From: Spirochaetia bacterium
Lineage (GTDB): Bacteria > Spirochaetota > Spirochaetia > UBA9216
Direction: 5' to 3'
Assembly (NCBI GenBank): GCA_963677925.2
Contig: CAXXYH010000003.1
Location: 1,824,001 to 1,888,000, forward strand
Length of the DNA: 64,000 nt
Part shown: positions 1 to 9,715 of the stretch, one piece after another
How the letters are laid out: every line of letters starts with the position of its first letter
How positions within the stretch are numbered: the stretch's first letter is position 1
The notes under the pieces: generated by a model
Databases searched by the model: none
What the model was told of the DNA's origin: nothing
What the model saw: the letters and a program-made list of their open reading frames with translations, nothing else
Made by a program: the position numbers and the translations under genes

Positions 1-404
1 GCTCCCAGTCCGGGAGTTTCATTCTGATCAGTAAACTCTACACCGGCAAAAGTTTTGAAATCAGGTTCAAAGGCTGTTACGGCCTCTATAGTACCCCAGA
101 GCCCGGGCCCTGAGATTATAAAAGCATAGGCATCAGGATTGCCGTCAGAGCCCTTTATTATAAAAATACCGTTCTGCTCGGAGACCCTTTGTGAATACAG
201 CTCATTTACAGCCGCATTAGACTCAGGAACTTCAACACCGCCAGCGTAGAGAACCGCTTTTTTCTGAAAAAGGCCGTTGTTTGCAGTAACGGTATCAAGT
301 GTTGCAAGGTATATGCCCGATATGATTGCAATACAGATGATTGTAATAACAGCCATCACAACAACAGGTTTAATTCTTTCTGCATAAAATCCGTCTTTTT
401 TCAT
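1..404 (-). CDS. FMN-binding subunit of an Nqr/Rnf-type complex (NqrC/RnfG family), runs off the window edge
   Basis: Read manually: ATG at 404 overlaps the upstream stop (ATGA). MKKDGFYAERIKPVVVMAVITIICIAIISG.. gives an N-terminal TM, followed by GPGLWGTI and the flavinylation motif ETPGLG. Confidence 0.85.
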   Translation of the reverse strand, partial: MKKDGFYAERIKPVVVMAVITIICIAIISGIYLATLDTVTANNGLFQKKAVLYAGGVEVPESNAAVNELYSQRVSEQNGIFIIKGSDGNPDAYAFIISGPGLWGTIEAVTAFEPDFKTFAGVEFTDQNETPGLG

Positions 405-1366
405 GCCTTTGCACCTGCCTTTTTCTTTTTCTTGTACTCCTTCATATAATGATCAAGAAGCGGCGCAAACATGTTTGCAAGCAGAATTGCGAAGGTTGTT
501 GCCTCAACCCATATCGAGAAAAGCCTTATTAAAGCGATTAAAACACCGATCAGCGCTCCGTAAATCCAGCGTCCGGTATCGGTTGTCTGCGACGACGAAA
601 TGGGGTCTGTAGCCATAAAGACCATTCCATAGAGAAGGCTTCCGCTCAGCAGCCCGTAAACAGGATTTACAGCACCTTCCAGGCCGCCAAAGTAGAAAGC
701 AGCCTGAATTACAAGGTAACCGACAATACCTGAAAGTATTATTCTGAAGTTTGCCGCTTTTTTGTAGATCAAAAAGATACCGGCAATAATAATCAGCAGG
801 GCGCTGGTCTCGCCCAGAGAACCGGAAACATTGCCGAGAAGCAGATTCATTAGCGGAGTATCTGTCCCGGCTGCAAAATTTGCTATCGGAGTGGCCTTGG
901 AAACTGCATCAGCACCGTTAAGCCACTGCGCAAAACCTCCGGGAAAGCCCGAAGAAACCGGAACAAAGCCTGAGGTCATCGGTACACCAAAGCTGATATA
1001 TATAAAAGCACGGCCCGAAATAGCAGGATTGAAGACATTCCGTCCGAATCCGCCGAATACCATCTTTCCGAAAACAACGCCGAAGACAATACCGGCAACT
1101 GCTATCCAGTAAGGAACAGCTGGTGGTAGAGAAAGGGCGAAAAGAAAGTTGGTTACAAAAACAGCTGACGAAACCTGCTTTTTATAGATCTTTGCGAAGA
1201 TATACTCACTTAAAAATCCTGCGATATTTACAATTAACAGAACAGAGAGGGCTCTCCATCCGAAAAAGTAAATTGACAGCACCGCAACAGGAATAAGAGA
1301 GTACACTACCTGGAACATTACCTTCTGCCGCATGATTAACGGCTTTTTTTTATCTGTTGTTGCCAT
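401..1366 (-). CDS. rnfD: Rnf/Nqr electron transport complex membrane subunit (RnfD/NqrB family)
   Basis: Polytopic membrane protein with GKMVFGGFGRNVFNPA, FMN site AVSKATP, GSLGETS and FMATDP. Start moved to ATG 1366 (MATTDKKK) because a promoter occupies the upstream ORF extension. Confidence 0.9.
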   Translation of the reverse strand: MATTDKKKPLIMRQKVMFQVVYSLIPVAVLSIYFFGWRALSVLLIVNIAGFLSEYIFAKIYKKQVSSAVFVTNFLFALSLPPAVPYWIAVAGIVFGVVFGKMVFGGFGRNVFNPAISGRAFIYISFGVPMTSGFVPVSSGFPGGFAQWLNGADAVSKATPIANFAAGTDTPLMNLLLGNVSGSLGETSALLIIIAGIFLIYKKAANFRIILSGIVGYLVIQAAFYFGGLEGAVNPVYGLLSGSLLYGMVFMATDPISSSQTTDTGRWIYGALIGVLIALIRLFSIWVEATTFAILLANMFAPLLDHYMKEYKKKKKAGAKA

Positions 1367-1372
1367 ACTTCT

Positions 1373-1401
1373 ATCTTCTTTGATTTTGCAAACATTGTCA
1401 A
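1373..1401 (-). promoter_or_regulatory. sigma70-like promoter, probably leaderless, for rnfD/nqrB
   Basis: TTGACA-17nt-GAAGAT-6nt-ATG on the minus strand; no SD. Confidence 0.5.
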
Positions 1402-1437
1402 TTTTAATATTCAGATAAAACGCCACTATATCAGTAG

Positions 1438-1466
1438 TTGACCCGTGCCATCAAATAATAGAGAAT
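1438..1466 (+). promoter_or_regulatory. sigma70-like promoter, probably leaderless, for the DRTGG cassette
   Basis: TTGACC-17nt-GAGAAT-6nt-ATG(1473); no SD. Confidence 0.55.
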
Positions 1467-1472
1467 GTATAT

Positions 1473-1823
1473 ATGATAACTCTTGAACAAGTTTCCGGAA
1501 ATCTTGAATGTAAAACATACAACCAGAGCAGTAACTTTAAAAATGCCGGAATTGAAAACATAGTCGCAAGCGATCTGATGAGCGAAGTCCTTGTCGCAGA
1601 AGAAGAAGGGCTCCTGCTTATTACTGCACTCAATACAGAACAGACCCTGAGAACTGCACATATAGTCGATGCCGTTGGGATTCTGCTTGTGAACGGAAAG
1701 ACCCCCCAGCCCGGAATGATAAAACTGGCTGACGAATTTGATATCACCCTGATCTCAACCAGGACCTCTATGTTCAGAGCCTGTGCCGCGCTCGGCAGAA
1801 TGATGGATGAGGGACAGCATTGA
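1473..1823 (+). CDS. DRTGG domain protein (hydrogenase-associated)
   Basis: ASDLMSEVL...LLITAL...GILLVNGKTP pattern, 116 aa. Confidence 0.85.
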   Translation: MITLEQVSGNLECKTYNQSSNFKNAGIENIVASDLMSEVLVAEEEGLLLITALNTEQTLRTAHIVDAVGILLVNGKTPQPGMIKLADEFDITLISTRTSMFRACAALGRMMDEGQH

Positions 1824-2749
1824 AAAAACTGATTCCTGTTTATCAGAATCAGCCGCTTGCGGTACTTGAGTTAATCCAGGGACATAAAATAAAGGATATA
1901 ATGTCCAGGAACCCGACCTCTGTACCGGGAACAACTACAATGAAAGAGGTCAAGCAGCTGATGAAAGAACGCTCAATTAGCGGTGTTCCTGTACTGAAAA
2001 ACCGAAGACTTGTCGGAATAATCAGCGTCGAAGATCTTCTCAATGCTCTTGAAGCAGGACGGATGAATGATCCGGTTGAAAAGCACATGTCAAGAAATCT
2101 TGTAGTCCTGGAAGAAATGATGCCTGTCAGGTTTGCAATTGATTACTTTGAAAACTACAATTACGGACGTTTCCCGGTTCTTAACGAAAAGAAAGAGCTT
2201 ACAGGCATCATCACCAGCCGCGATATTATCATGCACATGATCAAGGTAATGAATGAGGAGATTCAGCGCCTTGAAGAACTGGCTAAAGACGGCGCACAGA
2301 CAGAAATCGGCAATATTGTCCGGCGGTTTGCAATCCTTCAGAATGATTTCAAGAATGCGGGAAAGGCATCAATCGAGATTAAAAATATTCTCAAAGAACA
2401 CAACATAAACCGGAAAATTATCCGGGCAACCGCAACAGCTGTTTACGAACTTGAAATAAATCAGGTAGTACATTCGATGGGTGGAGAAATTCTGTGCAGG
2501 ATAACCGACAAGTATGTTGAAATACTTGCACGTGACCGAGGACCGGGGATCCCTGATGTTGAGAAGGCAATGACTCCGGGATTTTCAACGGCAACCGACT
2601 GGATCCGGACCCTTGGATTCGGTGCCGGAATGGGTCTGCCCAATATAAAGAGGGTATCCGATGAATTCACTCTGGAGACTTCTGAATCAGGAACAGAAAT
2701 AAGGGTAGTTGTATATATCCCGGATGACAATGCTGAAAAAACGTTATAG
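1820..2749 (+). CDS. CBS-pair + RsbT/SpoIIAB-like Ser/Thr kinase (HATPase_c) fusion
   Basis: Two CBS domains (ISGVPV, YGRFPV), then GHKL motifs YELEINQVVHS, DRGPGIPD and GFGAGMGLPNIKR. TTG start overlaps the upstream stop. Confidence 0.88.
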   Translation: MKKLIPVYQNQPLAVLELIQGHKIKDIMSRNPTSVPGTTTMKEVKQLMKERSISGVPVLKNRRLVGIISVEDLLNALEAGRMNDPVEKHMSRNLVVLEEMMPVRFAIDYFENYNYGRFPVLNEKKELTGIITSRDIIMHMIKVMNEEIQRLEELAKDGAQTEIGNIVRRFAILQNDFKNAGKASIEIKNILKEHNINRKIIRATATAVYELEINQVVHSMGGEILCRITDKYVEILARDRGPGIPDVEKAMTPGFSTATDWIRTLGFGAGMGLPNIKRVSDEFTLETSESGTEIRVVVYIPDDNAEKTL

Positions 2750-2758
2750 AATAAGAAC

Positions 2759-3097
2759 ATGAAAATCAGCGAATTACAGGAAAAACTCGGATATACCATT
2801 CTTACGGCTATGCCTGATAAAAAGATTCTGAATGCATACACATCAGATCTTCTCAGTGATGTGATGGGAAATGCAGCAGATGATTCTGTCCTGATAACCA
2901 TTCAGGCTCATAAAAATACAATAGCAGTAGCCTCACTTGCAGGAATAAATGCAATAATACTCTGCAACGGACGGAAACCTCCCGAGGATATGCTCCCCGC
3001 AGCAGAACAGGAAGGCATTGCAGTATTAAGCACTTCAGTGAACCAGTTCGAAGCTTCTGTGGATGTGGCAAAAGCCCTTAACCTCTGCGGCTGCTGA
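2759..3097 (+). CDS. DRTGG domain protein (second paralog)
   Basis: AYTSDLLSDVMG...VLITIQAHKNTIAVA...IILCNGRKP. Confidence 0.85.
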   Translation: MKISELQEKLGYTILTAMPDKKILNAYTSDLLSDVMGNAADDSVLITIQAHKNTIAVASLAGINAIILCNGRKPPEDMLPAAEQEGIAVLSTSVNQFEASVDVAKALNLCGC

Positions 3098-3100
3098 ACA

Positions 3101-3823
3101 TTGCCGGAATTTAAAGCAGATCTGCACATCCACTCATGCCTCAGTCCATGCGGAAGCCTGGATATGTCGCCGTCGCTGATTGCCGGCGAACTGAAGAAAC
3201 AGAACTTTAAAATTGCAGCCCTCACCGACCACAATTCGGCACTTAACTGCGCGGCTTTTGAAAAATGCTGCCGCCTGCTTGATATAGTACCTATAAGCGG
3301 AATTGAGGTTACGACTGTAGAAGAGTCCCATGTTGTATGCCTTTTCAACAGTGCAGGAACAGCGGAAGAACTGGGAAGGCTTGTCTATTCAAAACTTCCC
3401 GAAGTTCAGAATGTGGCGGAAAAGTTCGGCGATCAGGTAGCCGTTGACGAGGACGAAAACATTATAGCAGAGGTAGATAAATACCTGCTGAGTGCATCAG
3501 AGCTCAGCCTTGATGATCTTTACGACGCCGTCACTGCCCTGGGAGGACTCTTCATTCCTGCTCATATAAACAGACCTGTTTTCAGCATCCCTTCTCAGCT
3601 AGGGTTCCTTCCCGACATGAATTATTCCGCTGTTGAAGTAACAAAACTTCCCTGTGAAACCGATCTAAAAAATTATACAGTGATAGTCAATTCCGATGCA
3701 CACTACCCCCATAACATAGGAAACAGATACAGCATATATGAAAGCGGCGACATTTCCTTTGAAGGTTTGAAAATTTCTATGAAAAAAGGACTGGTATCCA
3801 CTATAATTCAGTCAGGAGTATAA
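3101..3823 (+). CDS. PHP domain metal-dependent phosphoesterase
   Basis: DLHIHSCLSPC, ALTDHN, GIEVTT, PAHI and NSDAH motifs. Confidence 0.9.
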   Translation: MPEFKADLHIHSCLSPCGSLDMSPSLIAGELKKQNFKIAALTDHNSALNCAAFEKCCRLLDIVPISGIEVTTVEESHVVCLFNSAGTAEELGRLVYSKLPEVQNVAEKFGDQVAVDEDENIIAEVDKYLLSASELSLDDLYDAVTALGGLFIPAHINRPVFSIPSQLGFLPDMNYSAVEVTKLPCETDLKNYTVIVNSDAHYPHNIGNRYSIYESGDISFEGLKISMKKGLVSTIIQSGV

Positions 3824-3830
3824 TTCTGAC

Positions 3831-5684
3831 ATGGATTTATTAAAAGATCTGAAAAACCTCCTTGAAGATCTCACAGAACCTGCATGTTTTCTGTCTGCGG
3901 AGTTCAGATATATATGGGCTAATACCAGGTATATAACCCATTCCGGTCATAAAACTGAGGATCTGGATGGTAAAAATCTTTGTGAAGTAATTCCGGCCGA
4001 TTACGCACCGATTCTAATTGAAAAACTTAAAGCCCTGACCACGGAAAATCCTTATTTCGATAATGAATATCCTGAAATTATGATGAACGGTCAGATCATC
4101 AACAGGAGCTGGAGAAACAGGGCAATATTTGACAATAACGGAAAGGTCCTCGCCTACTGCTGTATTGTACAAACTTCAAGCCCGGGAGAAAAGGCTGTAG
4201 TTAACCTGCGTGACAATGATCTAATCCTGAATTCAGTGCTGAAATCTGCAGTTTTCGGATTGATGATCGCTGAAAAAGATAAAATACTTTTTATTAATGA
4301 TGTCTTTGAGCAGATGCTAGAACTATCAGAAAATAAACCTGACCGTGAACGATACAGTTTTGCTGAACTGCTTAACTCATTTTTCAACACTGAATCGCCT
4401 GTAATAAACTCACTCACTGAATACTCGGGAAGTATAAAATTCGAAAAAGAAATAGCAGCCAAAGGAAAAAAAAGATGGGTGTCCGTGATCACCAAGATCC
4501 AGGAATATAATAACAGGATTTTCACAATGATGGTCAGTGAGGATATAACTGTAAAAAAACTCTATGAACTGGAACTTAAAAGAAACAGGGAGAACCTGGC
4601 CCATATAAACAGAATAGCAAAACTGGGATACTGGGAGAAGGATTTCAGCAGGGACCGCTGGTTCTGGTCTGAAGACACCTACCGTATTTTCGATGTCAAA
4701 TATCCTGACGAGGTTACTGAAGATATCATTAAAAATAAATTCCACCCCGATGACTACAAAAAAAGACTCCGGAATATTGAAACATGCATAAACTCGACCA
4801 GCGACTGCAGCTATGAATATGAATACAGAATATTTACTGGAAACGGTAAAATCAGGTGGATTACAGGACAATCATTCTTCAAGACCAATTCGTCAGAAAA
4901 GAAATCCAAATTCTTCGGCTGGGTACAGGATCAAACAGATCGAAAGCAAAATGAGGAAGCCTTAAAGGAAGCTCTGGTAAAAGCTGAAGAATCCGAAAGA
5001 CTAAAAACTGCCTTCCTGGCGAATATCAGTCATGAAATAAGAACGCCTCTGAATGCTATTCTTGGTTTCTCTGACCTTATTTCAAAGACAAGTGACCCCG
5101 ATTTACAGAAAACCTATTCGGGAATAATCAGGAGCAGCGGAAACCTCCTGCTGACCCTGGTCAACGATATGATTGATTTTGCAAAAATTGAAGCAGGGTC
5201 TTTTGAACTGTTTATTTCCGATGTTTACCTTGAAGATCTTTTTCATGAACTCAGAGACATGTTCATGAACCAGAGCGGCGGCGCTGTCAGGCTGCAGATA
5301 GCCGAAGCTCCTGATACAAAGGGACTCCTTCTTACTGACAGAGACAGGCTGACGCAAATCCTTGTAAACCTGATAAATAACGCATTCAAGTACACTGAAA
5401 AAGGCATTATCAGCATCGAAGCTGAGATTAATCATTCTGCAGCAACAGTGGTTATCAGTGTGAGCGACACAGGAATTGGTATAAACCCCTCAGATCTCGA
5501 GCATATTTTTGATCGCTTCTATCAGATTAACAGCTTCAGCCAGGGTACGGGTCTGGGACTCCCCATTTCAAGAGCAATAGCGGCTCAGCTTGGAGGTTCG
5601 CTTACAGTAGAGTCTCAACCTGCGCAGGGATCGAAATTCATGCTCTGCCTGCCCTTTGTCACACCCTCGGAATTAATGTCTTAG
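3831..5684 (+). CDS. Cytoplasmic multi-PAS sensor histidine kinase
   Basis: PAS/PAS_3 (HPDD) domains, H-box FLANISHEIRTPLN, N-box QILVNLINNAFKY, DTGIGI and GTGLGL. No TM and no receiver domain. Confidence 0.92.
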   Translation: MDLLKDLKNLLEDLTEPACFLSAEFRYIWANTRYITHSGHKTEDLDGKNLCEVIPADYAPILIEKLKALTTENPYFDNEYPEIMMNGQIINRSWRNRAIFDNNGKVLAYCCIVQTSSPGEKAVVNLRDNDLILNSVLKSAVFGLMIAEKDKILFINDVFEQMLELSENKPDRERYSFAELLNSFFNTESPVINSLTEYSGSIKFEKEIAAKGKKRWVSVITKIQEYNNRIFTMMVSEDITVKKLYELELKRNRENLAHINRIAKLGYWEKDFSRDRWFWSEDTYRIFDVKYPDEVTEDIIKNKFHPDDYKKRLRNIETCINSTSDCSYEYEYRIFTGNGKIRWITGQSFFKTNSSEKKSKFFGWVQDQTDRKQNEEALKEALVKAEESERLKTAFLANISHEIRTPLNAILGFSDLISKTSDPDLQKTYSGIIRSSGNLLLTLVNDMIDFAKIEAGSFELFISDVYLEDLFHELRDMFMNQSGGAVRLQIAEAPDTKGLLLTDRDRLTQILVNLINNAFKYTEKGIISIEAEINHSAATVVISVSDTGIGINPSDLEHIFDRFYQINSFSQGTGLGLPISRAIAAQLGGSLTVESQPAQGSKFMLCLPFVTPSELMS

Positions 5685-5687
5685 AAT

Positions 5688-5718
5688 AAAAAAAGGCTGC
5701 ATCCCGAAGGATACAGCC
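5688..5718 (-). terminator. Intrinsic terminator after hndD
   Basis: Stem GGCTGCATCC-cgaa-GGATACAGCC with an A7 run on + (U-tract on -). Confidence 0.75.
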
Positions 5719-5748
5719 GTAATTGTACTACTCAAAACGTCAAACTGT

Positions 5749-7500
5749 TCAGTTCTTGTAAAGAGGTCTAGGTGTGTAATGAGTATGAAGAAGGTGGTGA
5801 GACTTCTCGGAAAGAGGAGCACCAAGATATTCTTCATAGATCTTTGCAATATCAGGGTTCTGGTGTGAACATCTGATAGTACTCTTTTCATCATCATTAT
5901 AAAGACCGGCAATTCGCTTCTCACGGATATCGTCTTCAGTACCGTAGGGCTGTCCGCCTCCGGCGATACATCCGCCGCGGCATGCCATTACTTCAATGAA
6001 GTGGTAGGGAAGTTCATCACCCTTTTCCTTGGCAGCTCTAATCTCGTCAAGGACGGCCTTAACATTTGCCATGCCATGAGCTACCGCAACCTTAACCTTG
6101 GTGCCCTTGATATCAACAACACCGGCTTTAACTCCGTCCATACCTCGGACAGCAGTAATATTTACATCAGCAAGCTCTTCCTTGGTTACAAGGTAGTAGG
6201 CTGAGCGCACTGCGGCTTCCATAACACCGCCGGTTACACCGAAGATTGTTCCTGCACCTGTGTATGCGCCGATAGGACTGTCAGCCTCTTCCTCAGGAAG
6301 GTTGGCAAAGTCGATACCTGCAGTTTTTATGCATCTTGCAAGCTCTCTTGTTGTAAGAACGAGATCCACATCATCATAGCCTGATGACTGCATGTTCTCA
6401 TCTCTGACTCTTTCAAACTTCTTGGCTGTACATGGCATTATTGAAACAGAGTAAATCTTTGAAGGATCAATCCCCTTCTTCTCTGCATAATATGTCTTGG
6501 TTATTGCTCCCTGCATCATCTGCGGAGATTTTGCAGTTGAGAAATGCGGAATCATATCCGGATAGTATTTTTCCATGTAATCTGTCCATGCGGGACAGCA
6601 GGAAGTAAGCTGCGGCAGCTCACCCTTTCCGTTTACAAGCCTTTCAACAAGCTCGGACCCCTCTTCCATGATGGTGAGGTCGGCGGAAAAGTTAGTATCA
6701 AATACAGCATCAACACCAAGCATTCTAAGTGCAGCATAAATTTTTCCAGTTACAATTTCACCGGGTTTCATGCCGAATGCTTCACCGATTGCAACCCTGA
6801 CTGCAGGTGCCATCTGAACAGCTACATGCTTCTCGGGATCCTTGATAGCAGCTTTCATCAGGTCGGTATCATCTTTTTCATAGATTGCGCCGACAGGACA
6901 GTGTGCTGAACACTGACCGCACTTGATACAGGGGCTTTCATTAAGAACTACACCTGCTGAAGGCATAAGTCTTGTATTCTCACCTCTGTTAAGGAATTCA
7001 AGTGCCCATACATCCTGCAGCTGCTGACAGACCTGTGCACAGCGGCCGCACTGGATACATTTTGAAGGATCAAGAATGATTGAAGGTGTTGATTCATCCT
7101 TCGGGAGTCTTTTAACATTGCGGTCAAAAGGGATTTCCCTGATGGCGTATTCAGCAGCAAGCCTCTGAAGCTCACAGGTCTGGTTACGTCCGCAGGTAAG
7201 ACATTCCTGGGGATGATCCGCAAGAGTCATTTCAATAACGGTTTTTCTTATTGAATGTATTTCAGGATCGTTGGTGATATAATTCTGTCCCTCACTTACA
7301 AGTGTTGAACAGGCTCTGACCATTCTGGGGTTGCCCTCAATCTTGACAACACAGATTCCGCATGCAGCCCAGGGGGTCAGATCAGAATGATAACAGAGTG
7401 TCGGAATCTTAACACCGGCCATCTTTGCGGCTTTGAGTATTGATGTTCCAACCGGAACACTCTGTTCTCTGCCGTTAACCTTTATATTTACAGTACTCAC
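5749..7500 (-). CDS. hndD: NAD(P)H-dependent [FeFe] hydrogenase group A catalytic subunit
   Basis: N-terminal 2Fe-2S, His-ligated and 2x4Fe-4S domains; H-cluster motifs TSCCPAW, MPCTAKKFE and EVMACRGGCIAGGGQP; C-terminal LLHTHY. Confidence 0.95.
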   Translation of the reverse strand: MSTVNIKVNGREQSVPVGTSILKAAKMAGVKIPTLCYHSDLTPWAACGICVVKIEGNPRMVRACSTLVSEGQNYITNDPEIHSIRKTVIEMTLADHPQECLTCGRNQTCELQRLAAEYAIREIPFDRNVKRLPKDESTPSIILDPSKCIQCGRCAQVCQQLQDVWALEFLNRGENTRLMPSAGVVLNESPCIKCGQCSAHCPVGAIYEKDDTDLMKAAIKDPEKHVAVQMAPAVRVAIGEAFGMKPGEIVTGKIYAALRMLGVDAVFDTNFSADLTIMEEGSELVERLVNGKGELPQLTSCCPAWTDYMEKYYPDMIPHFSTAKSPQMMQGAITKTYYAEKKGIDPSKIYSVSIMPCTAKKFERVRDENMQSSGYDDVDLVLTTRELARCIKTAGIDFANLPEEEADSPIGAYTGAGTIFGVTGGVMEAAVRSAYYLVTKEELADVNITAVRGMDGVKAGVVDIKGTKVKVAVAHGMANVKAVLDEIRAAKEKGDELPYHFIEVMACRGGCIAGGGQPYGTEDDIREKRIAGLYNDDEKSTIRCSHQNPDIAKIYEEYLGAPLSEKSHHLLHTHYTPRPLYKN

Positions 7501-7515
7501 TGTTATTCTCCTTTA

Positions 7516-9309
7516 TTAGCTCTTTGATATTGCACCGAATTTACAGCTGGTAAAACATTCACCGCACTTCACACACTGACTCTGGTCAATAACGTGAGCC
7601 TGCTTTCTTTCACCGCTGATACAGTTAACCGGACACTTTCTGGCACATACCGTACAGCCGATACATTTGTCTGCATCAATCTCAAACTTTACAAGATCCT
7701 TACATTTACCGGGCTTACAGACCTTTCCGTCTACATGCTCAAGGTATTCATTCTTAAAGTATTTAAGAGTTGAAAGTATCGGGTTCGGAGCTGTCTGACC
7801 AAGACCGCAGAGCGCAGCCTTTTTCATTGCTGTTCCGATTGTTTCAAGGTTTTCAAGGTCCTTATGAGTTCCCTTACCCTTGCTTATCTTGTCTAGAATA
7901 TCATAGAGCTTTCTGGTTCCGATTCGGCATGGAGCACATTTACCGCAGGACTCTTCAACACAGAAATCCTGATAAAATTTGGCTACGTTGATAATACAGT
8001 CGTCTTCATCCATTACGATCATTCCGCCTGAACCCATCATTGAGCCGATGGCTGTCAGCTGATCAAAGTCGATAGGAGTATCAAGGAATTCAGAAGTAAT
8101 AACACCGCCGGAAGGTCCGCCTGTCTGCACGGCCTTGAATGCCTTACCGTCCCTGATTCCTCCGCCGATATCAAAAACGATTTCACGGAGAGTTGTACCC
8201 ATAGGAACTTCAACCAGACCGGAGTTATTAATCTTGCCTGTGAGGGCAAAAACCTTTGTTCCGGGAGATCTTTCCGTACCGATAGATTTGAACCACTCAC
8301 CGCCTTTAAGGATAATCATGGGAATATTTGCCCAGGTTTCAACATTGTTGATTACAGTCGGCTTTGCCCAAAGTCCTTCAACAGCAGGAAAAGGCGGTTT
8401 CGGAGTAGGCATACCCCTGTTTCCTTCAATAGATCTTAGTAGAGCAGTCTCTTCACCGCAGACAAATGCACCGGCACCGAGTCTGATTTCAAAATCAAAG
8501 TTGAAACCGCTGCCGAGAATATCATTTCCGAAGAGTCCGTATTCTCTGGCCTGTTCAATTGCAATTTCAAGACGTTTAATAGCAAGCGGGTATTCCGCTC
8601 TAATGTATATAACTCCTTTTTCAGCGCCTACAGCGTAACCGGCAATGGCCATAGCCTCAAGAACTGAATGCGGATCGCCTTCAAGAGTACTTCTGTCCAT
8701 ATATGCACCGGGGTCGCCCTCGTCTGCATTACATACAATGTATTTCACATCGTTTTCAACGTCTTTTGTGAATTTCCACTTCATCCATGTCGGAAAGCCG
8801 GCTCCGCCGCGTCCTCTAAGTCCGGAAATTTTAAGCTGCTCTATAACTTCATCCTGAGACATTTCAAAAAGAACTTTTTCGAGCGCTGAATAACCTTCTC
8901 TGGCTATGTACTCATCGATCTTTTCCGGATCAATGAATCCGCAGTTTCTAAGGACTATTCTGACCTGCTTCTGGTAGAATTTAATTTTTTCAATATCAAA
9001 CTCGTCTTTTGAGCCGTTTTCATCATCAACATAGAGAAGTCTTTTAACCATTCGGCCTTTTACGATTGACTCTGCGATAATTTCCTTAGCGTCTTCAGGA
9101 ACAACTTCTACATAAAAAGATTCTTCCGGAAGTATTTTTACGATTGGTCCCTTTTCACAGAAACCGAAACATCCTGTTTTTACAATCTGAACATCATCTG
9201 CAACACCCTGGGCTTCAGCCTCACTTTTCAGGGCATTGAAGATTTCGTTTGCTTTGCTTGATTCGCATGCTGTACCGCCGCAAACAAGTATATAATTCTT
9301 AACTGCCAT
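7516..9309 (-). CDS. hndC: [FeFe] hydrogenase diaphorase subunit (NuoF/HndC/HydB)
   Basis: GLRGRGGAGFP, NADEGDPG, GAFVCGEETAL and ESCGKCAPCR; C-terminal 2x4Fe-4S. Confidence 0.95.
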   Translation of the reverse strand: MAVKNYILVCGGTACESSKANEIFNALKSEAEAQGVADDVQIVKTGCFGFCEKGPIVKILPEESFYVEVVPEDAKEIIAESIVKGRMVKRLLYVDDENGSKDEFDIEKIKFYQKQVRIVLRNCGFIDPEKIDEYIAREGYSALEKVLFEMSQDEVIEQLKISGLRGRGGAGFPTWMKWKFTKDVENDVKYIVCNADEGDPGAYMDRSTLEGDPHSVLEAMAIAGYAVGAEKGVIYIRAEYPLAIKRLEIAIEQAREYGLFGNDILGSGFNFDFEIRLGAGAFVCGEETALLRSIEGNRGMPTPKPPFPAVEGLWAKPTVINNVETWANIPMIILKGGEWFKSIGTERSPGTKVFALTGKINNSGLVEVPMGTTLREIVFDIGGGIRDGKAFKAVQTGGPSGGVITSEFLDTPIDFDQLTAIGSMMGSGGMIVMDEDDCIINVAKFYQDFCVEESCGKCAPCRIGTRKLYDILDKISKGKGTHKDLENLETIGTAMKKAALCGLGQTAPNPILSTLKYFKNEYLEHVDGKVCKPGKCKDLVKFEIDADKCIGCTVCARKCPVNCISGERKQAHVIDQSQCVKCGECFTSCKFGAISKS

Positions 9310-9320
9310 CCTCTCCTCCG

Positions 9321-9713
9321 TTATTCCCTGACAATATCGGCTGCGGGCTTGTCAAAAATATGGTTGTCGACAAGCTTGCCCGCTAAAATATGTTCTTTAA
9401 CTATCCGGCGGGCTGTATCCCCGTCAACCTGTCCATAGATTGTATCCGGCATTCCCGGAGCCTTGATTTCAACTGTAGGTTCTACATAGCAGAGGCCCAT
9501 ACAGCCGGTCTGTTTTACAGTTACATTCTTGACTCCGCTTTTCTCTATTTCATCAAGGAAGGCATCGAGAGCTTCTTTGGCGCCGGCGGCGATTCCGCAT
9601 GTACCCATCCCGATGATGATATGAATATCTTTTCCTTCTGTATCTCTCTTATCAATTTCAGCTTTTTTGCTGTTCCTGAGATTTCTAAGTTCCTCAAGGG
9701 TCATTTTTGCCAT
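9321..9713 (-). CDS. hndB: Thioredoxin-like 2Fe-2S hydrogenase subunit (HndB/HydD)
   Basis: GMGTCGIAAGA and TGCMGLCYVEP motifs; operon position. Confidence 0.88.
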   Translation of the reverse strand: MAKMTLEELRNLRNSKKAEIDKRDTEGKDIHIIIGMGTCGIAAGAKEALDAFLDEIEKSGVKNVTVKQTGCMGLCYVEPTVEIKAPGMPDTIYGQVDGDTARRIVKEHILAGKLVDNHIFDKPAADIVRE

Positions 9714-9715
9714 AA

